From Octopus sinensis (lineage: Eukaryota): a stretch of 64,000 nt of DNA. The stretch is taken from contig NC_043025.1 of NCBI RefSeq assembly GCF_006345805.1, forward strand, positions 11,780,001 to 11,844,000, written 5' to 3'. The notes beneath the pieces are model-generated. The model saw nothing but the letters and a program-made list of their open reading frames with translations. It ran no database searches and was not told the DNA's origin. Both the position numbers and the translations under genes were made by a program. Positions 27,170 to 37,345 of the stretch are shown here, piece after piece; positions within the stretch are counted from its first letter, which is position 1, and each line of letters opens with the position of its first letter.

Positions 27170-27915
27170 ATATTTCTTTACTACCCACAAGGGGATAAAC
27201 ATAGAGAGGACAAAGAAGGACAGACAAACGGATTAAGTCGATTACATCAACTCCAGTGCGTAACTGGTACTTATTTAATCAACCCCAAAAGGATGAAAGG
27301 CAAAGTCGACCTCGCGGAATTTGAACTCAGAACGTAACGGCAGACGAAATACCTATTTCTTTACTACCCACAAGGGGCTAACACAGAGGGAAAAAACAAA
27401 GACAGACATAGGTATTAAGTCGATTAACATCAACTCCAGTGCGTAACTGGTACTTATTTATCGACCCCGAAAGGATGAAAGGCAAAGTCGACCTCGGCGA
27501 AATTTGAACTCACAACGTAACGGCAGACGAAATACCTATTTCTTTACTACCCACAAGGGGCTAAACATAGAGGGGACAAACAAGGACAGACATAGGTATT
27601 AAGTCGATCACATCGACACCAGTGCGTAACTGGTACTTAATTTATCGACCCCGAAAGGATGAAAGGCAAAGTCGACCTCGGCGGAATTTGAACTCACAAC
27701 GTAACGGCAGACGAAATACCTATTTCTTTACTACCCACAAGGGGCTAAACATAGAGGGGACAAACAAGGACAGACATAGGTATTAAGTCGATCACATCGA
27801 CACCAGTGCGTAACTGGTACTTAATTTATCGACCCCGAAAGGATGAAAGGCAAAGTCGACCTCACAACGTAACGGCTAAACACTTCGCCCGGCGCGCTAA
27901 CGATTCTGCCAGCTC
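27170..27915 (-). mobile_element. SINE family 3, tandem tetramer
   Basis: Units at 27172, 27354, 27537 and 27721; same junction. Confidence 0.88.
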
Positions 27916-28149
27916 AGCGGCTTAAATAACGGTTATCTCCCTTCCTCCACTTTGTCTCGCTGCATAAATTATGTTTATTATCAATAATTCTGTTACAACT
28001 AGACTTCATATCTACATTATTGAATTCAGAAAATTCTATTATCAATAATAACAAAGGGTAAAATTAATTAATTAACTAGTAATCAATAATTTCACCCAGT
28101 AAATCAATAATTTCCCCCTAGCAATCTGGCTAACCCTAACCCTACGATC

Positions 28150-28284
28150 CAAGGTAAGCATAGCAGGCCGTCTTGCGAGCCATAAACTTGCTTCATTCGT
28201 CAGGTCTTCGCAGTCACAGCATATCTCCAGAAGTCTCGGTCGTTCGTCTGTGAGGTCCAACATTCGAAGTTCATGCTTCTGGGA
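28150..28284 (-). mobile_element. RTE LINE 3'-ORF fragment
   Basis: The reverse complement GACCGAGACTTCTGGAGATATGCTGTGACTGCGAAGACC resembles the end of the RTE ORF at 23617-23656. Confidence 0.55.
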
Positions 28285-28292
28285 GGAAATTT

Positions 28293-29175
28293 AGATCTTT
28301 TCCTTTTGAACGGCAGACGTCAACGCAATTTGTAGTTCACTAAACACTTTTAAACTTCGTATACTGGTAGAATGTGTCAAAATAAAACATTTTTTCTCTT
28401 GGCTTTATTGAGAAAATTCTATAGTTTGTAGGATATTTGATGTTTTTTCTTCTTCAATTTCTGCAATTTCAACCAATCAGTGACGTCTATTGAGGTAAAG
28501 AACAGTCTGTGCCGTATGAATATGTCCCTCGTTTTGATCTTTTCGGTTTGAACGGCAGTTTTTTACAGTTTTTAAATAATTTCCACTAACTAAACACTTT
28601 TAAACTTCGTATATGTAGAATGTGTTATAAAACATCTTTTTCTCTTGGCTTTATTGAGAAAATTCTATAGTTTGTAAGATATTTCGTCTGAAAATCCGAG
28701 CATTTCGGCAATTTTAACAATCGTTACCTCCATTCAACTTAAATCATTTGCTGCGTCTAAAACTGAGACAACATCCTGTAACTAACCCTAAACCTCCCCC
28801 CTAACCCTAACCCTAACCCTAAATTTTTTTTCTTAATTGTTAAATTAATTTAATTCCATTGCTTACTTTTTTTACACGCGTAAAAAATTAATTTAACAAT
28901 TAAGAAAAAAAATACTTTAGGGTTAGAGGGAGGTTTTAGGGTTAGTTACAGGATGTTGTCTCAGTTTTAGACGCAGCAAATGATTTTAGCTCAAAAGAGA
29001 GCATAGGATTGGTTAAAATTTGAAAAATTAAACTATGTTAACAAAAACAAATTACACATTTTCTCAAGAAAGCCAAGAGAAAAAAATGTTTTATTTTGAC
29101 ACATTCTACCAGTATACGAAGTTTTAAAGTGTTTAGTTAACTAGAAATTGTCTGCCGTTCAAAAGGAAAAGATCC
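28293..29175. mobile_element. Foldback DNA element with long inverted repeats and 8-bp TSD
   Basis: Outer inverted repeats ~28293-28420 / 29060-29175; inner inverted repeats 28741-28851 / 28885-28986; GGAAATTT at both flanks (28285-28292, 29176-29183). Confidence 0.85.
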
Positions 29176-29245
29176 GGAAATTTTATTCATACATGTGAAG
29201 AGAAGGCCAAATTGCTAGAGGAGGCATGGTAGTACAAAGGTTAAG

Positions 29246-29657
29246 GGATCTTTTCGGTTTGAACGGCAGTTTTTTAAAGATAATTTCCACGTAACTAAAC
29301 ACTTAAACTTCGTATACTGGTAGAATGTGTTCATAAAACATCTTTTTCTCTCGGCTTTATTGAAAATTTCTATAGTTGTAAGATATTTGTTGTTTTTTTC
29401 TTCAATTTCTGTCATTTCAACAATCAATGAACGTCTATTGAGGTAAAAAAAAACATTCTGTGCCGTATGAATATGTCCCTCGTTTAAGAAACAGATTGGG
29501 TTTATTTACATTTGTGAAGAAAAAAGATACCCTTCCCCCCACCCCTAACCCTAAAACAGATTGAAATGCAATAGATTGATACTAGGGTCATAATTATGGG
29601 TGACAATTTCAAATGACACTGCTAGAAAAAACTGTGCCGTTCAAACCGAAGAGATGG
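29246..29657 (+). mobile_element. ~410-bp MITE with TIR GGATCTTTTCGGTTTGAACGGCAG
   Basis: Terminal inverted repeats; flanks AGGTTAAG / GGGTTAAG (7 of 8 match, TSD-like). Confidence 0.8.
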
Positions 29658-31261
29658 GGGTTAAGAACCACTGCATACATTTACCCCTACCACTCTTTCC
29701 CTCAACACTTGCACCCTTATCACACCTGTGACCTACCCTTATCACCTTGAATTAACAACTAAACTTTATCAACCAGGTAGTAAAGTCACCTGCTACAACA
29801 GTGACTGTGCACGTGTGTGTAAGTGTGTCTGAGAGGGTCGAGTTCATATCTTTAAGATATGAACTCGACAGGTGGATTTATTTTTAAATATCTCAACAAT
29901 AATGATTAGATACCACATGGACATGTTACATCAAGTTCCTTCTCTCACTCTCTTTCTCTCTCTCTCACCTAACTCTTCTACTATCACTCTTTCTCTCTCT
30001 CTCTCTCCTCACACATATCACATGCAGGAGGGGCTGCGTGGTAAGTAGCTTGCTAACCAGCCACATGGTTCCGGGTTCAGTCCCACTGCGTGGCACCTTG
30101 GGTAAGTGTCTTCTGCTATAGCCCCGGGCCGACCAAGCCTTGTGAGTGGATTTGGTAGACGGAAACTGAAAGAAGCCCATCGTATATATATATATATATA
30201 ATATATATAGCGTGTGTGTGTTGTGTGTCTGTGTTGTTCCCAAGCATTGCTTGACAACGGATGCTGTGGTTATGTCCCCGTTACTTTGCAGTTCGGCAAA
30301 AGAGACCGATAGAATGAGTACTGGGCTAACAAAAGAATAAGTCCCGGGGTCGAGTTGCTCGATTAAAGGTGGTGCTCCAGCATGACCGCATTTATGTTTA
30401 CTCCAGTACAAATATATATATATATATATATATATATCAACAATCAAGGAACGGCCATAATAGGCCATTCACCCACTAGAAATAACAGCCAAAGCTTCAA
30501 CGCTAATAAAAGTCAATTCCGTAAACAGGAGAAAATTTAAAAAACATTTACCCTGTAATTTCTTATACGGTGCACCGTTTCGTCTGCTGTTTAATGGTAA
30601 ACTAACCTGATTAAATTAAATCAAGCCAATCTTCCATAGGCCCTCAGATTCTTCAGTAAGAAATAGCCACAAGTCGGAACAGATATTTACACGAGGCATT
30701 TCCGACCCTGCCAAGTTAATATCTGACCTAAAATTGACCTAAAATTTTCAAATCATCGCACTCGCGCCAAATTTATCGGCAGCAAATAAATATAAGCCGT
30801 CAATTCCATTACGGAATTAACCAGAAAATTCATAATTAATCAATAATAGGTGCACCCTATATTATTAATAATATATAATATATATATATATATGTGCATG
30901 TGTATATGTTTGTGTGTCTGTGTTTGTCCCCCATCCCCCACTCTCACTTGACAACCGAGTCGGTGTGTTTATGTCCCCTGGAGACGGTCTGTTCAACTAA
31001 AACTTCCCGAGGTGGTGCTCCAGCATGGCCTCAGTAAAAAAGAAATGACCGACGCAAGAAGTAGGTAAAAATGATAGTTATTTATACCCATAGGCACTGG
31101 AGTGACTGGATGGTTAGTGGCTTGCTTACCAGTCACCGCTTACCTCGGGTGTTATCAGCTTTTGGACAGCCTGTGTATTTTTTTCCTTTCGTTTCTTTTC
31201 TTTTCTCAGAAGACAATAAAATCCCTTATTTTCATCTATAACATTCTCTTTACTCTTTACT

Positions 31262-31448
31262 CTTTCTCTTTACTCTTTTACTTGTTTCAGTCATTTGACT
31301 GCGGCCATGCTGGAGCACCGCCTTTAATCGAGCAACTCGACCCCGGGACTTGTTCTTTTGTAAGCCCAGTACTTATTCTATCGTCTCTTTACCGAACCAA
31401 CTAAGTAACGAGGGACATAAACTCACCACCATCGGTTGTCAAGCAATG

Positions 31449-31485
<37 letters not shown>

Positions 31486-31665
31486 TATACTCTTTTACTT
31501 GTTTCAGTCATTTGACTGCGGCCATGCTGGAGCACCGCCTTTAATCGAGCAACTCGACCCCGGGACTTGTTCTTTTGTAAGCCCGTACTTATTCTATCGG
31601 TCTCTTTTACCGAACCACTAAGTAACGAGGGACATAAACTCACCACCATCGGTTGTCAAGCAATG

Positions 31666-31711
<46 letters not shown>

Positions 31712-31885
31712 TCTTTTACTTGTTTCAGTCATTTGACTGCGGCCATGCTGGAGCACCGCCTTTATCGAGCAACTCGACCCCGGGACTTGTTCTTTTGTAA
31801 GCCAGTACTTATTCTATCGGTCTCTTTTACCGAACCGCTAAGTAACGAGGGACATAAACTCACCACCATCGGTTGTCAAGCAATG

Positions 31886-31917
<32 letters not shown>

Positions 31918-32105
31918 TCTTTTACTTGTTTCAGTCATTTGACTGCGGCCTGCTGGAGCACCGCCTTTAATCGAGCAACTCGACCCCGGGACTTGTTCTT
32001 TTGTAAGCCCAGTACTTATTCTATCGGTCTCTTTTACCGAACCGCTAAGTAACGAGGGACATAAACTCACCACCATCGGTTGTCAAGCAATGCTAGGGGG
32101 ACAAA
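31262..32105 (-). repeat. Four tandem copies of the SINE family 1 3' half, separated by (TA)n
   Basis: TACTCTTTTACTTGTTTCAGTC at 31271, 31488, 31709 and 31915. Confidence 0.92.
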
Positions 32106-32142
32106 CACAGACACACAAACTTATACACACACATGCATATAT

Positions 32143-32885
32143 ATATTTCCCTGGGCATGGATTCACTGAAGCTCCGGCGTCTGATGACGGACTTGGTAAA
32201 CGCCCACAAAGTTGTCAACCACCTCACCAATAACAACACTGAACACGTTTTTGATCTCCATATGTCTAACACACATGGACATGCCTACAAAGTCAGAACA
32301 CAACACAGCTCCCATGACTTTCGGAAACATTTTTTCACGCTCAGAGTTGCTGAAGCATGGAATAAACTGCCTGCGTCAGTTGTTGACTGCCATGACACTG
32401 CATCCTTTAAGGCCCTCATGCTTTCTGAAATCCGCCGAAACTACACCTGATTATATATGCACTTTAGATGAGTTGTAGTGCACCTGAGCACTGTACACAA
32501 TGTTTATTATTATATACATACAATAACTCTGAGCACCTTTTCAAACTCCACCTGTCTAACACTCGTGGACATGTTTACAAAGTCAGAAAACAGCACAGCT
32601 CCTTCCATGACTTTTGGTTACATTTTTTCATGCTAAGAGTTGCTGAAGCATGGAACAAACTGCCAGCATCAGTTGTTAGTTGTCGGAGCACTGCATCCTT
32701 CAAAACTTCTCAGATTCGCCAACACTACACCTGATTTTCTCCCCTCCATACACACAAGCAAGCATCTATCTGACTCATACACTGTTCACTTCCCAGACAT
32801 TTCTACACCACTGCAGATGCTTTATACAAACTTTGGACAAGTTGTGGGGCACCTGATCACTTTACACAATAATTTCATTATTATT
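32143..32885 (+). mobile_element. Two head-to-tail CR1-type 3' fragments
   Basis: ORFs 32133-32450 (HDFRKHFFTLRVAEAWNKLP) and 32468-32734 match the end of the 34-kb LINE; the second ends in (ATT)n. Confidence 0.85.
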
Positions 32886-33845
32886 ATTATTATTATTATA
32901 TATACGACAGGCTTCTTTCAGTTTCCGTCTACCAAATCCACTCACAAGGCTTTGGTCGGCCCGAGGCTATAGTAGAAGACACTTGCCCAAGGTGCCACGC
33001 AGTGGGACTGAACCCGGAACCATGTGGTTGGTAAGCAAGCTACTTACCACACAGCCATTCCCACACATTTTTTAGAACATTTTCTTTTCATAAGATTTTG
33101 CTGACAAATTCTTTTGTTAACATAAACATTTATTTACATTTATGTACTTTGGGTGGGATGGGGTTATCCCTAGGCCGAAACCTTATTGAACAAACCTATG
33201 GTCAAAGACGTTCCAATTATGACTCTCCTGTTTCCTTTCAATGCCTTTGTCCACCCAGAATCATATAATTCAGTGTGTCCTATTCATAAGACATCAGGAT
33301 ATAGTGTATTTTAACGCGAGTAAGGACACCTTTTTTTGTCTAAAACTAGGTTAAAAAAATATGGGTGTTTCTTATACATGGATAGTATTATAATCTATTA
33401 CAACACCTTCTTTCCGAATTTTAAGCCCTCAAAATTTGGTGGTTCCTTATATATGTTAAAATAGGGTAATTCGAGATATTCGACTGCTATTTCTAGCACG
33501 TCCAGTGACCACTTAGCGGTTATATCGTTGCCTTGTTGTCAATTTGTTTTGTTATTCTTAGATATAGAACACATCACATGATCGCACACACACACACACA
33601 CACACACCACACATTCTCATTCATTATCATCATTTTGAGACTTTATCATACATATGTCTACCGTGTAGATGTATACCCAGTCAATAGACATGTCTAGTGT
33701 CTATACTTATCTAGAATCTATAAATACGGGGTTGAACAAAATAATGGAAACACCTTAAAATTTCAAACAATTTTATTTTAATATGTGGTAGGACCTCTTT
33801 TGGCAGTAATTACAGCTTGAATTCTTTGAGGCATGCACTCATATA

Positions 33846-35074
33846 TATAATGAAATTATTGTATACAGTGCTCAGGTGCACCACAACTTGTCAGAAAGTG
33901 CATATAAAGTACATGCAGTAATGTAGAAATGTCTGGAAAGCGAACAATGTATGAGTCAGATACATGCTTGATTGTGTGTATGGAGGGGAGAAAATCAAGT
34001 GTAGTGTTGGCGAATCTCAGGAAGCATGGAAGTTTAGGATGCAGTGCTCCGACAACTAACAACTGATGCCGGCAGTTTGTTCCATGCTTCAGCAACTCTC
34101 AGCGTGAAAAAATGTTTCCTGAAGTCATGGGAGCTGTGCTGTTTTCTGACTTTGTAAATATGTCCACGGGTGTTAGATGGGTGGAGTTTGAAAAGGTGCT
34201 CAGAGTTATTGTTTGTACGATGGTTGATAATTTTATGGGTGTCTGTCAAGTCAGCTGCCAGACGTCGGAGTTTCAATGTGTCCATGCCCAGGGAAGTAAG
34301 GCGTTCAGGATATGGCAAATGCCTGATGGAGGGTATTCTTTTGGTTGCACGTCGCTGAACGGGTTCCAGACGATTGATATCCTGGGCAAGATAGTGGTTC
34401 CAGACCGGTGATGCAAATTCCAGGTGAGGTCTTACCATAGCTATATAAAACCGCAGATAGATAGCCGGAGAGCGGCTCACAAAGGATTTGGTGAGTGATG
34501 CCAAGACACCCTCAGCCTTCTTGACAATTTTAGCGATGTGTTTTGTCCAATGCAAATCCCTGTCGACAATAACACCCAGGTCACGTTCACATGAAGACTT
34601 TTTGAGACTAGTGTTGTGGAGGGAGTAGGTGGACGCCGGGTTTCTCCTCCCAAAATGCATGGTGGTACATTTGTCCACAGCCAGCTTGAGTTGCCAGTCC
34701 ATGATCCACTGCTGCATTGTGTCCAGGTCTGCTTGCAATAGAGATCCATAGTGTATAGGATCTGACCTCTTTATTTCGAGGTACAGCTTGATGTCATTTG
34801 CATATTTCAGCACTGTGGCATTCTTTAAGTTGGCATCTATGTCATTAACATATGCAATAAATAAAAGGGGGCCAAGAACAGATCCCTGTGGTACACTAGA
34901 TGTCATCTCATAGGGCGAAGAGTGCTGTCCTAGAACTGCGACAACCTCTTTTTGGCCGAAAATAAAGGACTTCAACCAGTTATAGAATTCGTCTCTTACA
35001 CCCAACGCAGAAAGCTTCACCATAAGTCTTTTGTGTGGCACAGAGTTAAAAGCCTTAGCAAAGTCCAGGTAAAC
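33846..35074 (-). mobile_element. 5'-truncated CR1-type LINE, RT C-terminal half
   Basis: 335-aa ORF 34034-35041 with QGSVLGPLLF, YAND (catalytic YADD altered), DLGV, RPHLEFASPVW, AWNKLP; 3' UTR ends in a TAT/ATT-rich tail. Confidence 0.92.
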
Positions 35075-35588
35075 ATGTTCTTCTTTTCGGATTATGGCTG
35101 CTGTTGCTTAGTGAGTGGGATTGACTCAGTGCACAGCCTTTCCTCACTTCAAAAAAAATCTTCTTGCACAGGCATTGCACGACAACAACATTGATTAAGC
35201 TTCGTGCAATGGCCATACTCGATAACAAGGGGGCAGCCACCATGTATGTATATACACACATACAGGTATACAAGCATGCAATTGAAAACATATGCACACA
35301 TTCAGGGTATGGGCAGAAAAAACTCACTTTAGACAAATTGTGAAAGTCATTATAAACATTGACATACTTAGATATTGGTTTTTGATATATTGAAGTTGAA
35401 TACAGATAAGAAAAGTAGGTGACTAATACCAAAGCGGAGAGAGTGGGGGAAAATGTAAGAGACTAGGAGAGATTTTGTGGGACTGATAGGTGAAGTAGGA
35501 TGACTAGAATGATCTCGTTAGCTTGATGTTGATTAGAAAGTCATTGCCAGATGGCTCGAGGTTTGATCACAAGCACTGTGTCTGTGCA

Positions 35589-35620
<32 letters not shown>

Positions 35621-35764
35621 GTATCCGTGAAATAGTAATTGTGTCTGTTGCTGGTAGCATGACCTTCGAATGTTAAGCTTCGTTGAAGTGGTGACATGTG
35701 ATTGATACCTTTGATGATATGATGTGCTTGAGTAGATTTGTCAAGCCAGGTGAAACCGTAGTCG

Positions 35765-36170
35765 TGGCCAGAAACGTTAGCACGCCGGGTGAAATGTTCG
35801 GCAGTATTTCGTCTGACGTTACGTTCTGAGTTCAAATTTCGCCGAGGTCGACTTTGCCTTTCATCCTTTCGGAGTCGATTAAATAAGTACCAGTTATGCA
35901 CTGGGGTCGAAATAATTGACTTAATCTGTTTGTCTGTCCTTGTTTGTCCCCTCTGTGTTTAGCCCCTTGTGGGTAGTAAAGAAATAGGTATTTCGTCTGC
36001 CGTTACGTTCTGAGTTCAAATTCTGTCGAGGTCGACTTTGCCTTTCATCCTTTCGGGGGTCGATAAATTAAGTACCAGTTACGCACTGAGTCGATATAAT
36101 TGACTTAATCCCTTTGTCTGTCCTTGTTTGTCCCCTCTGTGTTTAGCCCCTTGTGGGCAATAAAGAAACA
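35765..36170 (+). mobile_element. SINE family 3, tandem dimer
   Basis: Head with A/B-box-like motifs, then a second unit starting at GTATTTCG. Confidence 0.85.
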
Positions 36171-36266
36171 GATTGTAATCTGACCTAGGTGGTTATCAGC
36201 TTTTGAACAGCCATTGTCCTTTTTTTCTTTTTTTAGAAGACGATAAAAACTTTTTTATTTTCATAT

Positions 36267-36644
36267 ATCTTTATATATAAAAGAAAAGATGTAGTGTCTG
36301 TCTTATACAATTTAGATTCCTAACTACTCCCACATTTTGCGGTGCAGTTTAACCAAATTCGGGTATCTTATAGTCGTGATTCATATCGAGCCCTTCTGGG
36401 TATTAGGATGAGTCTACGATTTTAAAAATAATTTACCATCATTTTTTTCCATTTTTAATGCATTTTTGGCATATATAAGGAAGTAACTCTCTAAAAATTT
36501 AATAATAAATCTCAGAACGTAAAAAGCTACAGTAACGCCCCTCCCCCTTTGTGATTAGCCATATTGAGATGGCTATTATACTTTACATCTCTAAAAATGC
36601 TTATATAGTTATTTCCCTTACAAACCCGAGCGATACTGCTAGTA
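36267..36644 (-). mobile_element. HINE-like element (subfamily C)
   Basis: Ends CCCTTACAAACCCGAGC..GATACTGCTAGT; its body is shared with 46797-47199. Confidence 0.7.
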
Positions 36645-37345
36645 ACATATAAACGTGTACATTTTTTAGAACATTTTCCTTTCATAAGATTTTGCTGACA
36701 AATTTTTTTGTTAACATAAACATTTATTTACATTTATGTACTTTGGGAGGGACAGGGTTATCCCTAGGCCAAAACCTTATTGAACAAACCTATGATTAAA
36801 GACGTTCCAATTATGACTCTCCTGTTTCCTTTCAATGCCTTTGTCCACCCAGAATCATATAATTCAGTGTGTCCTATTCATAAGACATCAGGATATGCTG
36901 TATTTTAACGTGTGTAAGGACACCTTTTTTTGTCTAAAACTAGGTTAAAAAATATGGGTGTTTCTTCTATTTGGATAGTATTATAATCTTTTCGGTTTGA
37001 ACAGCAGTTTTTTGTAGCAGTGTCATATGAAATTGTCACCCATGATTATGACCCTAGTATCGATCTATTGCATTTCAATCTGTTTTAGGGTTAGGGTTTG
37101 AGGTGGGGGGAAGGTATCTTTTTTTCTTCACAAATGTTAATAAACCCAATCTGTTTCTTAAACGAGGGACATATTCATACGGCACAGAATTTTTTTTTAA
37201 TTTTTACCTCAATAGACGTCATTGATTGGTTGAAATTGCAGAATTTGAAGAAAAAAACCCAACAAATATCTTACAAAGTATAGAATTTTCTCAATAAAGC
37301 CAAGAGAAAAAGATGTTTAATAAACACATTCTACCAGTATAAGAA

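Noticed and set aside
28780-28945. Interstitial telomere or chromosome fusion site
   Set aside because: Only 3-4 CCCTAA units, symmetrically placed inside a foldback transposon.
30430-30850. Unique AT-rich block as a possible minus-strand exon
   Set aside because: Candidate frames hit stops and resemble no known protein; cannot be supported without alignment data.
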